Shown one piece after another: positions 10,311-19,300 of a stretch of DNA of 64,000 nt (position 1 is the first letter of the stretch; the number at the start of each line of letters is the position of its first letter). Source of the DNA: a virus. The stretch lies in the IMG/VR virus record IMGVR_UViG_3300045988_164982, one strand, 5' to 3'. The notes below the pieces were generated by a model, which saw only the letters and a program-made list of their open reading frames with translations, searched no databases and was not told the DNA's origin. The position numbers and the translations under genes are program-made.

Positions 10311-12308
10311 ATGGGCTTAAAAAATGGCAATAAACTTGTAACTGTAGGCGGTCTAAGAAAGGTTTACGACAGTCTTATGAAGTCGTATGGCAGTATTTTA
10401 TTTGCTGACCTGCCTATGCCATCTAAAATGACAGTAGGTAATGTCTACAACATTAAGGATAAGTTTACTACCACGGATTATTTTGTGGAGGGCGAGGGCA
10501 AGGATTGTGCGGCCGGTACAAATGTTGGAATCATCGAAGTAAAAGAAACGAATACTGAAACGGGAGAAATAATCATAAGCTACAAATACGACTTGTTTGG
10601 TGGGCCTATGAGTATGGATTCCAGTGGCTTTGTTTCACAGGGACAGTTCACAAAAGCCATTGCTGAAATATCTAATTATGTTAGGGACATAGAGTTTCAG
10701 CCTAACAATACCAACACTGTTGTCGTTACGAAAGGCAATGGCAGTTCTTCTACTTACACGCTTAATGTTGGAAAAAATGCAGATGTCATAAAAGATATAA
10801 CTATTGATACTACTTTGTCTACGGATTTAGGTCATGTAAAACATAGGCGAATAACCCGTTCTGACAACAATTCAAAAGTTCACCTGATGTGGGAGGACCC
10901 TGACGATTCGACCAATGATGCCTGGGGAGAAACAGCTGTTGTTAAGAAGAAAGGTTCATACCCTACCAACATAGAGGACGGAACTTTGGTGTTGATATGT
11001 GCCGTTCGTAATAAGTTTAAATCCACGGCATATGTCGATGAACAGGAAAGCTCCGAGCAATGGTACTATAGAGCGTTTCCTATTGCTACCAGCGGTGCGG
11101 TATCAAACAGCAATCTTAACAGATTCGATTACTGGCATTATGCTGTTTGCATAGATGAAAAAAATCCTATTGAAGCAGATTCTGTTACCTATCCACCTGG
11201 GTACGATAATTCCGATTATAAGCCACTTAGAGTCATAATGAATGTCAATGCCCAGATGGATAATAACAAATGTGACTGGGGCAGTTGGAAAAACGCACCA
11301 TTTATGCCTCGTCCATGTATGCTGAAATTTGACGGAAAGGTTGATTATTATCTTAATCCAGACGATTACACTCTGAAAGAAGATGGCAGTCCTTCCGATG
11401 TTTCTAACACATCGTATGAGGGAAATGCAATGATGGAGTTCTCTCCTGTGTTCATCAAGGTTCAGAGGGTAGCTTCCATGCTATTCATCCACTTCTGTTC
11501 GGAAAAATATGATGATGATTATGAGTGCTGGTCATGCAAAAAGGAAGATGGCACTTATGCTGACCACTACTATATGGCCATCTACGAAGCAAGTCTTATA
11601 AACGGAAAGTTCCGTTCTTTGTCTACAGGAAATGTCGCAACAACCAACATAAGCGGTGGACTAACTACCTGCATGAATTATGCAAGACAATGTGGTGAGG
11701 GTTGGAACATCGACCTGTGGAGCGATTGGGATTTACTTAGATGTCTCGGAATCCTCGTAACTAAAAGACTAAATTCACAAAAGGCCGTAGGTGCTGGTGG
11801 AACTAGCTATCATGTAGTACCAACAGGGGCAGGCAATAAAAAGGGAATGTTTTGGGGGACACTCGATTACCAAAACACATATGCAACAAAATTTTTCGGC
11901 ATAGAAAATCCGTGGGGTGATATTTATAGATACTGTGCTGGTGTCATTATGAACTCTGATTATGCCACTATTTTGATAAAGCATACATATTCTGTAGTAG
12001 ATGGTTCTACCATTAATGGTTATAACGATAGTGGTACAGGGTACATAAACACAGGATTGAAAATACCAACATCTAATGGGTATATGACAAAAATGCAGGG
12101 CAATTCACAGTGCATTACTGCACCTATGAGCATTGGTGGTTCAGATACCACACATCTCAGCGACTATATGTACAGAGGAAATACAGGTTTGCTTATAAAC
12201 GGCCCCGGTGGTTACTCGGGCTGCGGCCTGTTCTGTTGGGACTCGTATTGCTCTCCGTCGTCCTCGGCCGTGGACTGTGGCGCCGCCTTGTCCTTTAAAA
12301 ATTTCTGA
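10311..12308 (+). CDS. tail fiber protein, DGR target gene with C-terminal variable region
   Basis: 665-aa ORF; the last ~30 codons (GYSGCGLFCWDSYCSPSSSAVDCGAAL) are the VR copy of the downstream TR. Confidence 0.7.
   Translation: MGLKNGNKLVTVGGLRKVYDSLMKSYGSILFADLPMPSKMTVGNVYNIKDKFTTTDYFVEGEGKDCAAGTNVGIIEVKETNTETGEIIISYKYDLFGGPMSMDSSGFVSQGQFTKAIAEISNYVRDIEFQPNNTNTVVVTKGNGSSSTYTLNVGKNADVIKDITIDTTLSTDLGHVKHRRITRSDNNSKVHLMWEDPDDSTNDAWGETAVVKKKGSYPTNIEDGTLVLICAVRNKFKSTAYVDEQESSEQWYYRAFPIATSGAVSNSNLNRFDYWHYAVCIDEKNPIEADSVTYPPGYDNSDYKPLRVIMNVNAQMDNNKCDWGSWKNAPFMPRPCMLKFDGKVDYYLNPDDYTLKEDGSPSDVSNTSYEGNAMMEFSPVFIKVQRVASMLFIHFCSEKYDDDYECWSCKKEDGTYADHYYMAIYEASLINGKFRSLSTGNVATTNISGGLTTCMNYARQCGEGWNIDLWSDWDLLRCLGILVTKRLNSQKAVGAGGTSYHVVPTGAGNKKGMFWGTLDYQNTYATKFFGIENPWGDIYRYCAGVIMNSDYATILIKHTYSVVDGSTINGYNDSGTGYINTGLKIPTSNGYMTKMQGNSQCITAPMSIGGSDTTHLSDYMYRGNTGLLINGPGGYSGCGLFCWDSYCSPSSSAVDCGAALSFKNF
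12206..12293 (+). repeat. DGR variable region (VR)
   Basis: 84-nt gapless alignment to the TR at +204 bp; all 17 mismatches fall at TR adenines. Confidence 0.85.
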
Positions 12309-12342
12309 TGGGAGGGGTGCAGGGGAGGATTCCCCTCCCCGC
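12274..12342 (+). promoter_or_regulatory. GC-rich IMH-like VR 3' end (GGCGCCGCCTTG) plus downstream GC hairpin GGGGAGG-ATTCC-CCTCCCC
   Basis: the GC-rich VR end matches the TR except at A positions; a perfect 7-bp GC stem lies at 12322-12340, analogous to the Bordetella DGR IMH and hairpin. Confidence 0.5.
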
Positions 12343-12409
12343 TCGCTTTCCCAGGGAATAGTAACATTTTAGAAATTAAATATATGGGTATATACAGACG
12401 AGGCGGCTA

Positions 12410-12497
12410 CGGTGGTAACTCGAACTACGGCCTGTTCTATTGGAACTCGAATAACTCTCCGTCGAACTCGAACGTGAACTATGGCGCCGCCTTGTAA
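12410..12497 (+). repeat. DGR template repeat (TR)
   Basis: non-coding copy of the VR with 21 adenines, AAC/AAT (Asn) codons in the VR frame, ending in TAA. Confidence 0.85.
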
Positions 12498-12628
12498 CTT
12501 GAACACAATATAAATAATGTCGGTATATATCCACACTCCATACGGAGAGAAAATTAGGCATACAGAAAGCGGATTAGTAAGAGTAAAATCATAATATCCG
12601 TAGACCTTTGTTCAAAGGATTTTAACAT

Positions 12629-13714
12629 ATGAAAACTATAAATAATCTATTCAATGAAATAATAAGTGAATCTAATTTGAGGATGGCTCTACACAACGCA
12701 GCCAAGGGAAAAAGAGATAAACGCAGTGTGAAAAGTGCTCTTTTTAACGAAGATGAAGTTGTGACACAGCTTCATTATGAACTAAAAAACAATTTATGGA
12801 GGCCAAAGCGAATACACAACATAAAAATAATCAACGATGGTGTGCAGAAAAAGAAACGTGAAATAGTTTGCCCAGATTTTATTAAAGACCAGGTTGTTCA
12901 TCATGCCATAATGCAGGTATGTAAACCTTACTTTATCAATAGATTCTACAAACATTCTTATGCAAGTGTGCCCAAATACGGAGGGCTTGAAAATATGGTA
13001 AAATATATTAGGCACGCAATGAATGACAAGAAAAACACGAAATATTTCGTCAAACTAGATATAAAGCAATTTTTCAATTCCATAAAGCCATCAACAGTCT
13101 TTCATGTGCTTAGAAGAATTATCAGGGATAAGAAAACTTTAGCCCTTTTCGCACGTATTCTGCGTGGCAATGTTATTATCCATCCAGAACTAGGTGTTAT
13201 AAAGCGAGGGTGTCCGATAGGGCTATATACATCACAATGGTTTGCCAACATATTATTGACACCGCTTGACAATCTTATTAAGTCATTTGGAAAGAAAATA
13301 GCGCCGTATTATGTAAGGTATAATGACGATATACTCATATTTTCACCTAATAAGCGAAAACTAAAAAAGGTTGTAGATGGGGTTGTAAACCACCTTGAAC
13401 TAATAGGACTTTCTTTGAAACACAAAGCACAAATTCACATGACATCAAAGAATAAAATAACATATGTTGGTTCTTTGATAACATATTATAAGATTACAAT
13501 GAAGCCTAAAACATTCGTAAAGACAAGGCGATGTTTGAATCACATAAGGAAGAAAATGAACAATCATCAGAAAATAACTTCTTATGATGCAAAAAGAGCA
13601 TTTGCCTATATATCACGCTGTAGAATTTACGATATGCATGATTTTATAGCTGATTTGCAATTGCCTTTAGATAATTTCAAAAAGACTATCAGTTATGCAG
13701 ACAAAAGGAAGTGA
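12629..13714 (+). CDS. DGR reverse transcriptase
   Basis: 361 aa; RT motifs LDIKQFF (motif A), IGLYTSQ (DGR-diagnostic IGxxxSQ in place of QGxxxSP), YVRYNDDILIF (YxDD); size and position downstream of the TR. Confidence 0.85.
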   Translation: MKTINNLFNEIISESNLRMALHNAAKGKRDKRSVKSALFNEDEVVTQLHYELKNNLWRPKRIHNIKIINDGVQKKKREIVCPDFIKDQVVHHAIMQVCKPYFINRFYKHSYASVPKYGGLENMVKYIRHAMNDKKNTKYFVKLDIKQFFNSIKPSTVFHVLRRIIRDKKTLALFARILRGNVIIHPELGVIKRGCPIGLYTSQWFANILLTPLDNLIKSFGKKIAPYYVRYNDDILIFSPNKRKLKKVVDGVVNHLELIGLSLKHKAQIHMTSKNKITYVGSLITYYKITMKPKTFVKTRRCLNHIRKKMNNHQKITSYDAKRAFAYISRCRIYDMHDFIADLQLPLDNFKKTISYADKRK

Positions 13715-13720
13715 TAAGCT

Positions 13721-13978
13721 ATGGGTAGCTGGGTAACAGCACATTCCAATGTAAAGCCAGAGATATTTCAAAAAGCAGGTAATGATAAATATCTTCTTCA
13801 TCAGAATATTGTAGAAAGTACAGATGAAGATGGCAACAAATCCTACACGTATGATGAAAGAGTAATTTCGTGCGACGAGTATTTCATTTTAAAATCTTTG
13901 CAAGATGTGTCATTTAGGCGAGAAGCAGAGATTATAGATGAATACACTGAAAAACTTATTGAAGAGGGGGTGATTTAG
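13721..13978 (+). CDS. hypothetical acidic protein (XkdW position in a PBSX-like module)
   Basis: 85-aa ORF with RBS; lies between the RT and an XkdX-like gene. Confidence 0.4.
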   Translation: MGSWVTAHSNVKPEIFQKAGNDKYLLHQNIVESTDEDGNKSYTYDERVISCDEYFILKSLQDVSFRREAEIIDEYTEKLIEEGVI

Positions 13979-13979
13979 C

Positions 13980-14114
13980 ATGCGATTAATAGTAGAATCG
14001 TTGGAAAGGCTGTACAAAGCAGGAAAAATCAATGATACTGTCTTACGATTACGGGTAAAAAAAGGCACTATCACGGAAGAAGAATTTACCTATATAACTG
14101 GTAAACCATTCTAG
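13980..14114 (+). CDS. XkdX-like small phage protein
   Basis: 44 aa, MRLIVESLERLYKAGKINDTVLRLRVKKGTITEEEFTYITGKPF (GxIT.EEY..ITG pattern); RBS GAGGGGGTGA. Confidence 0.45.
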   Translation: MRLIVESLERLYKAGKINDTVLRLRVKKGTITEEEFTYITGKPF

Positions 14115-14132
14115 CAATCAAGAGGTGATAGC

Positions 14133-14402
14133 ATGGCTTTTAACGAAGTTGTACAGACAGTAGCAGGTATTGTTGCAATTTTTGGTTTCTTGTTCAGTGT
14201 GTTTGGTTATGTTGTTCTAAAACCAATATATACATCATTAGATAAATTTGAATCTAAATTTGATGAAATGCTAGCAGAGCTAAAACGCAGTAATTCCGAA
14301 CGGCACAAACTAGATGTCCGACTTGCACAGACCGAAAATAGTGTTCGTTCTGCTCACCACAGACTGGATAGTTTGGAAAAGCGCATCGAACATCAAGAGT
14401 GA
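14133..14402 (+). CDS. XhlA-like hemolysin / lysis-associated membrane protein
   Basis: 89 aa; N-terminal transmembrane segment followed by a coiled coil; sits directly upstream of holin and amidase. Confidence 0.5.
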   Translation: MAFNEVVQTVAGIVAIFGFLFSVFGYVVLKPIYTSLDKFESKFDEMLAELKRSNSERHKLDVRLAQTENSVRSAHHRLDSLEKRIEHQE

Positions 14403-14412
14403 GGTGATAATT

Positions 14413-14703
14413 TTGACAGAGAAGTTAAAGAACGTATTTCAAGCATTGCAGACAAAACAGATAGGCGTACTCGTCACCATAATGATGATATTCCTGGCAA
14501 TGGTCATGTTTAGTTGGCTGTTTGGCTTTTGGAGCAATGGCCTACATGGAACGAATTTTGACCTCGGCTCATGCTGGCAGGGTATCACAGCAGTAGTCGC
14601 AGGTATGACAGGCGTGGCCACACTGGCAGGAAGCCAGTACGCAAAGTATTTCCTCGACAGTAAATATAATTCTGCCGAGGGCGAAAAACCCGAAAAAAAA
14701 TAA
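14413..14703 (+). CDS. holin (TTG start)
   Basis: ~96 aa with two hydrophobic transmembrane segments and a charged C-terminus; RBS GAGGTGA 5 nt upstream of the TTG; lies between XhlA and the amidase. Confidence 0.45.
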   Translation: MTEKLKNVFQALQTKQIGVLVTIMMIFLAMVMFSWLFGFWSNGLHGTNFDLGSCWQGITAVVAGMTGVATLAGSQYAKYFLDSKYNSAEGEKPEKK

Positions 14704-14785
14704 TAGTTTTGTAGGAGTAGGTATTCTCACAGCAGGATGCCTACTTTATTTTTGTAACGAACTTCAAAAACAAGGGGTGATTGAT

Positions 14786-15388
14786 ATGCAGGAAGTAACA
14801 CTAGAGCAGGTAAAGCAGCTTGCAGAAAACAGTAGAGAAAAAGTGTGGAGCATTGCCAAGGCTCACGGATATGAACCGAAAATTTACTTGCATTGGACGG
14901 CAGGTAAATATGATAGTCTGTTTTCCGACTATCATATCGACATTACAGGGAAAGGCGAGATTTTTGTATCTACTACCGATTTTGCAGAAACAAAGAGCCA
15001 TACTTGGCGGAGAAACAGCGGTTCTTTAGGCATTGCTTTGTGCTGTGCCTATGGAGCTGGTTCTGCTGATCTAGGTTCTTATCCTCCTACAGCAAAACAG
15101 ATTGAAGTAATGGCTCAAGTAATCAATGCGGTAGCCTCTGCATGGTGGCTGACTATCGACAAGCAGCATGTCATGACACATGGCGAAGCTGCAAACAACG
15201 AAGATGGAGGCATTGGTACTCACAATCCGTATGCTTGGTGGAATGATAGTTACCAAGACGGCGATACTAGGGGCGATTTAGAATATCTCGGTACTTCTGA
15301 AAGTCCAGCGTACAATCCGTGGTCTACCGATGGAAGCCGTGGTGGTGATGTACTGAGAGGCAAAGCCAATTGGTACAAGCAGAATTAG
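14786..15388 (+). CDS. endolysin, N-acetylmuramoyl-L-alanine amidase (Amidase_2/PGRP fold)
   Basis: motifs LHWTAG, THTWRRNSGSLGIAL typical of amidase_2; RBS AAGGGGTGA. Confidence 0.6.
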   Translation: MQEVTLEQVKQLAENSREKVWSIAKAHGYEPKIYLHWTAGKYDSLFSDYHIDITGKGEIFVSTTDFAETKSHTWRRNSGSLGIALCCAYGAGSADLGSYPPTAKQIEVMAQVINAVASAWWLTIDKQHVMTHGEAANNEDGGIGTHNPYAWWNDSYQDGDTRGDLEYLGTSESPAYNPWSTDGSRGGDVLRGKANWYKQN

Positions 15389-15399
15389 GAGGCAGAAGA

Positions 15400-15663
15400 A
15401 TGATTATAACAGGCATGGAAGATTTTCAGAGCGTTTGTAAGAATCGTCTTGTAAAAACATACAACAAGATGTTTTCTAACGGACACATTAACTTAGATAA
15501 TGTATTTATCGTGTGGGCGTGTAAGACATTGCAGAATTACAAAGCCTTGGCATCTACGACTGTTAATGGCGACGGGGTGTATGTAGAGTACACATACAAT
15601 GGTGATAAGCAGGAACTGTATGAAGATGTGTATATTAAGCAGCTGAACACAAAGTACGAGTGA
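15400..15663 (+). CDS. hypothetical protein
   Basis: ORF with AGGAGG RBS. Confidence 0.45.
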   Translation: MIITGMEDFQSVCKNRLVKTYNKMFSNGHINLDNVFIVWACKTLQNYKALASTTVNGDGVYVEYTYNGDKQELYEDVYIKQLNTKYE

Positions 15664-15719
15664 TGTAATGGTGTAGCGGTAGCTTAGGCTGCCGCTATAT
15701 ATACAACGTGGAGGAAGTT

Positions 15720-16340
15720 ATGTGGAAGAAAATCAAAGATTGGTTCGAGAGAAATAAAAACGACTTGGCCGGTGGTTTTGTGTTTGGGTGTGTTGCGGTA
15801 ATTGCGGCCGCTCTACTCTTCATTATTGATACTACTTTGAAGCCAGCTCCCGAACCTGTGACTACAATACCGCAGCAACAAGCAGAAACACCGGCGGGGG
15901 TTGAAAAGGCTGCTAACAATGCTCACATCAAGCTGGACAGCGGGCAGACAAAGCAGGTGTCTGAAACTATACGCGAAATCAGAGTGACTGAAAAAGAACC
16001 TGTATATATTATTCAAACAACAGGCGACAAAGCTCAGGAGGCTTCTGAAAAGGCTGGTAAGCAGGAGAAAGCAGACTTCTCTATAGTCACTGATAAAGAC
16101 CACCCAGAAAAAAGTATAGAGCTTGACAAGCTGGATAAAAACACTACTGTTAATCTGAATCAGTACAATGTGCAGGCTTACAAAAAACATATAAATACAA
16201 TTGAATATTATCCTGCTGAAAAGACTGTGGGTTATACCCATCAGTGGAAAATCAGCAAAAGCGGAAAATATATGGGCGTTGGCGTTGATTATGATACAGA
16301 CGACCAGCGTGTGATGGCCAAAGTCACGTATTCTTGGTGA
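15720..16340 (+). CDS. membrane-anchored hypothetical protein
   Basis: N-terminal transmembrane segment; RBS GGAGGAAG. Confidence 0.45.
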   Translation: MWKKIKDWFERNKNDLAGGFVFGCVAVIAAALLFIIDTTLKPAPEPVTTIPQQQAETPAGVEKAANNAHIKLDSGQTKQVSETIREIRVTEKEPVYIIQTTGDKAQEASEKAGKQEKADFSIVTDKDHPEKSIELDKLDKNTTVNLNQYNVQAYKKHINTIEYYPAEKTVGYTHQWKISKSGKYMGVGVDYDTDDQRVMAKVTYSW

Positions 16341-16450
16341 CAACACAAAGATTAATATATTTATGGATAGACTGAATATGTTTAGATGGTACCGTAGTGT
16401 CCATAGATAATTATTCAGATTATCCAAGAATAAATAAAGGAGTGATTTTT

Positions 16451-16792
16451 ATGAAGTTGTTCATCTCACAAGGCATGCGAGGAAAGACCGACGAAGATAT
16501 TTTGGCAGAACGCAACAAGGCTATTGAAATAGTCAGAGAAATGTTTCCAGGCAATGAAGTGGAAGTATTAGATTCGTTTTTTCAGGGTGAAGAAGAACCA
16601 GCCGATGTTAAAGCTAGCGGGCTATGGCTTTTAGGCAAAAGTTTTCAGTTTCTTGCAAAAGCCGATGTTGCTTATTTTGCAGAGGGGTGGGAGGCTTACC
16701 GAGGCTGCCGCTTAGAGCATTTGGCTTGCTTGCGATACGGAGTGGAGTGTATCAATTACGATGGAGGTTATCATGGCAAAGGATTGGAGTAA
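16451..16792 (+). CDS. hypothetical protein (possibly DUF4406-like)
   Basis: MKLFISQGMRGK N-terminus; RBS AAAGGAG. Confidence 0.35.
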   Translation: MKLFISQGMRGKTDEDILAERNKAIEIVREMFPGNEVEVLDSFFQGEEEPADVKASGLWLLGKSFQFLAKADVAYFAEGWEAYRGCRLEHLACLRYGVECINYDGGYHGKGLE

Positions 16793-17369
16793 TTGCAAGA
16801 CAATATACACCATAGGTGCCACGAATCACTCGGAAGAAGTACGAGCCAGCGAGGATTACTATGCCACGGAGCCAAAGGCTGTTGAGGTGCTGCTAGAGGC
16901 AGAGAAGTTCTGTCCTGTTATTTGGGAACCAGCATGCGGTGAGGGACACATGTCAGAAGTTCTCAAAAAGCACGGGCACATCGTCACAAGCACTGACCTT
17001 GTAGATAGAGGTTACGGCGATATATCAGATTTTCTAAATAGCGATTTTAAGGTGGAAAAATGCGATATAATCACAAATCCGCCTTATAAATATGCTTTAG
17101 AGTTTTGTCAAAGGGCTATAGATGTGCTTGATGATGGGCATAAAGTGGCTATGTTTCTAAGGTTGCAGTTTTTGGAAAGCAAAAGAAGAAAGCAATTTTT
17201 CTTAGACAATCCTCCTAAAATAGTCTATGTCAGCTCATCAAGATTGCATTGTGCTAGAAATGGCAATTTCTCAGATGCAACAGGAAGTAAAAGCAATGCA
17301 GTAGCTTATGCATGGTTCGTGTGGGAAAAAGGGTATCAGGGTACTACAAGCCTAAAATGGATAAATTAG
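16773..17369 (+). CDS. small phage DNA N6-adenine methyltransferase
   Basis: motif I-like EPACGEG and motif IV NPPY, both read directly from the translated ORF. Confidence 0.55.
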   Translation: MAKDWSNCKTIYTIGATNHSEEVRASEDYYATEPKAVEVLLEAEKFCPVIWEPACGEGHMSEVLKKHGHIVTSTDLVDRGYGDISDFLNSDFKVEKCDIITNPPYKYALEFCQRAIDVLDDGHKVAMFLRLQFLESKRRKQFFLDNPPKIVYVSSSRLHCARNGNFSDATGSKSNAVAYAWFVWEKGYQGTTSLKWIN

Positions 17370-17377
17370 GGGGATAT

Positions 17378-17635
17378 ATGGAAAAAGAAATAGCTAAAAT
17401 GGCAACAGTGTTGGCTATAACAGTCAATATGCAGAAAAAGACAATTCGCTGGCTTACCATAGCACTTATCATTTCTTGTGTGGCGACATGTGCAACATCG
17501 ATTTGTCTAATTCATGTTCTATCAAACACACAGCCTAGCATAAAAACTTCTTGCCAGACTACTACGGTCAAAAGCAGGATAAGTAAAGCTAACAGCGTTG
17601 AAACTACCAAGAAAAAGGTGGTAATAGAGGGGTGA
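17378..17635 (+). CDS. small membrane protein
   Basis: 85 aa with a hydrophobic core; RBS AGGGGGA. Confidence 0.35.
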   Translation: MEKEIAKMATVLAITVNMQKKTIRWLTIALIISCVATCATSICLIHVLSNTQPSIKTSCQTTTVKSRISKANSVETTKKKVVIEG

Positions 17636-17639
17636 GAAA

Positions 17640-17876
17640 ATGTTATTCAGCAGAAAAATTGCGAGAGCTTTTCTCACAGACTCCACATTAACTGATTTTA
17701 GGCAAATAGTAGAGGAAGCCAAAATACCAGAACCGTATCGAAAGATTCTGGATGCCAAGTTCATATATGGCAAGAGTGTAAATGCTATTGCTATTGAATA
17801 CGGATATTCGATTGAAACAGTTAATAGAATTATAGCCAATGGCTACGACAAAGTTTATAAAGCACTTAACAGATAG
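17640..17876 (+). CDS. ArpU/sigma-70-region-4-like transcriptional regulator
   Basis: 78 aa; C-terminal HTH SVNAIAIEYGYSIETVNRIIANGYDKV. Confidence 0.45.
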   Translation: MLFSRKIARAFLTDSTLTDFRQIVEEAKIPEPYRKILDAKFIYGKSVNAIAIEYGYSIETVNRIIANGYDKVYKALNR

Positions 17877-17884
17877 AAAGAGGG

Positions 17885-17925
17885 ACACCTGCCTTATTGG
17901 TAGATGTCCCTCCTATTTTTTTGAC
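17885..17925 (+). terminator. rho-independent terminator
   Basis: stem GAGGGACA...TGTCCCTC followed by a T-run. Confidence 0.55.
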
Positions 17926-17987
17926 ATTTTTTAGACAGAAACACGACACTTTACAAACATCAATAGCTGATACAATATAAGCAAGAG

Positions 17988-18395
17988 GTGATTGAGATGT
18001 TTGGATATGGTGCTCCTATGGGTTTACAACAGCCACCATCAGGACGATGGATAATGGTAAATTCATTTTCAGAGATACAGAGTGCTCCTGTCCCCATGGA
18101 CGGAAGTCAGACAATATTTATGCTTGCTAATGAACCTATTTTCTATGTTGTCAGCATAGTAAATGGACAGAAAATGTTACAGCCATACACATTTACTGCT
18201 CTTACACAGGAAAATAGACCGACACCACCTGCTACATTGGAAGATAGGATGGATAATTTGGAGCAGAATGTGGCAAAGATTGCAGAGTTATTAGAAAGGA
18301 GTAAGCAAAATGAATCCAATATTCAGTCAAGCAATGAGAAGCCAGCCAACACCGCAGGGTTCTCTAAAGAACATTCTAAATACCAAAAATCCTAG
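17988..18395 (+). CDS. hypothetical protein
   Basis: 135-aa ORF after the terminator with RBS AAGAGGTGA. Confidence 0.4.
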   Translation: MIEMFGYGAPMGLQQPPSGRWIMVNSFSEIQSAPVPMDGSQTIFMLANEPIFYVVSIVNGQKMLQPYTFTALTQENRPTPPATLEDRMDNLEQNVAKIAELLERSKQNESNIQSSNEKPANTAGFSKEHSKYQKS

Positions 18396-18549
18396 AGAGA
18401 GTGCTCTAAAAGCCATCGCCAATATGACACAGGAGCAGAGGACACGCTTTCAGGCTCTAATGCCTATGGCATACCAGATAGCAAACAAATTCGGTATTAA
18501 TTTTGATACAGTTGCAGCTGAAATAAATAATTTCAAAACGAAAGGGTGA
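18310..18549 (+). CDS. hypothetical protein (overlaps the previous ORF by 86 nt in another frame)
   Basis: strong RBS AAAGGAG 8 nt upstream of the ATG at 18310. Confidence 0.35.
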   Translation: MNPIFSQAMRSQPTPQGSLKNILNTKNPRESALKAIANMTQEQRTRFQALMPMAYQIANKFGINFDTVAAEINNFKTKG

Positions 18550-18554
18550 TAACG

Positions 18555-19226
18555 ATGGACGACAATCTGATTGGCAACATTTTAGGCGGTCTTATCAATC
18601 GTGATAACGACGGTTTTCAGAATGGTGGCTGGTGGATTATTCTGCTGATGATATTCTTCTGGGGCGGTAACGGCTTTGGCGGTTGGGGTAACAGAGGGAT
18701 GCAGCCACCTATGCCTCCACAGAACTATGCTACTCAGGCTGATGTAACCAATGGTTTCAACTTCAATAACCTCCAGAACGATGTTCGGGGAATTGAAAGA
18801 GGACTGTGTTCCAACGGCTATGAAAATGCACAGCTCATTAATAACGCCACAACTACCCTTACTGGGCAGGGACAGCGCATCGGCGAAGCTATCATGCAGT
18901 TAGGTTTTGACAATAAGTCCTGCTGCTGCGAGACGAATAGGAACATAGATTCTGTTCGTTATGAGATGAGCAAGAATACTTGCGACATCACTACCAATGC
19001 TACGTTCAACACTCAGAAGATTCTTGACAAACTCTGCCAGATGGAGAGCAATGCAAAGGATAACACCATTGCACAGCTCCGTACCGACTTGCAGGCAGCA
19101 CAGCTGACACTTGGCAATAATGCACAGACTCAGGCATTGATTGGTGCATTGAAGCCATATCCTCAGCCAGCTTATGTTGTTTCTAGTCCTTACGCAACCA
19201 ACTATGGTGGCACAACCATTCTCTAA
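18555..19226 (+). CDS. Gly/Trp-rich membrane-associated hypothetical protein
   Basis: ORF; GGWWIILLMIFFWGGNGFGGWGN segment. Confidence 0.45.
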   Translation: MDDNLIGNILGGLINRDNDGFQNGGWWIILLMIFFWGGNGFGGWGNRGMQPPMPPQNYATQADVTNGFNFNNLQNDVRGIERGLCSNGYENAQLINNATTTLTGQGQRIGEAIMQLGFDNKSCCCETNRNIDSVRYEMSKNTCDITTNATFNTQKILDKLCQMESNAKDNTIAQLRTDLQAAQLTLGNNAQTQALIGALKPYPQPAYVVSSPYATNYGGTTIL

Positions 19227-19257
19227 CCCATAATAGAGTGCATATCCGCACCAACAA

Positions 19258-19300
19258 AAGCAGGAACATTGCTAAAGGGCGGTGCTCCTGCTTTTTCTAT
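19258..19300 (+). terminator. rho-independent terminator
   Basis: AGCAGGA...TCCTGCT stem followed by TTTTT. Confidence 0.55.

Noticed and set aside
12110-12298. 62-aa ORF in an alternative frame
   Set aside because: It is embedded in the tail-fiber gene and VR, and its Arg/Leu-rich translation is typical of an out-of-frame GC-rich segment.
12376-12561. 61-aa minus-strand ORF
   Set aside because: It overlaps the DGR template repeat on the opposite strand and is an artefact of the Ser/Asn codon-rich TR.
13721-13978. Avd accessory protein of the DGR
   Set aside because: It is acidic and only 85 aa, whereas Avd proteins are basic ~110-130-aa helical bundles, and it lies downstream of the RT. 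It was kept as hypothetical.
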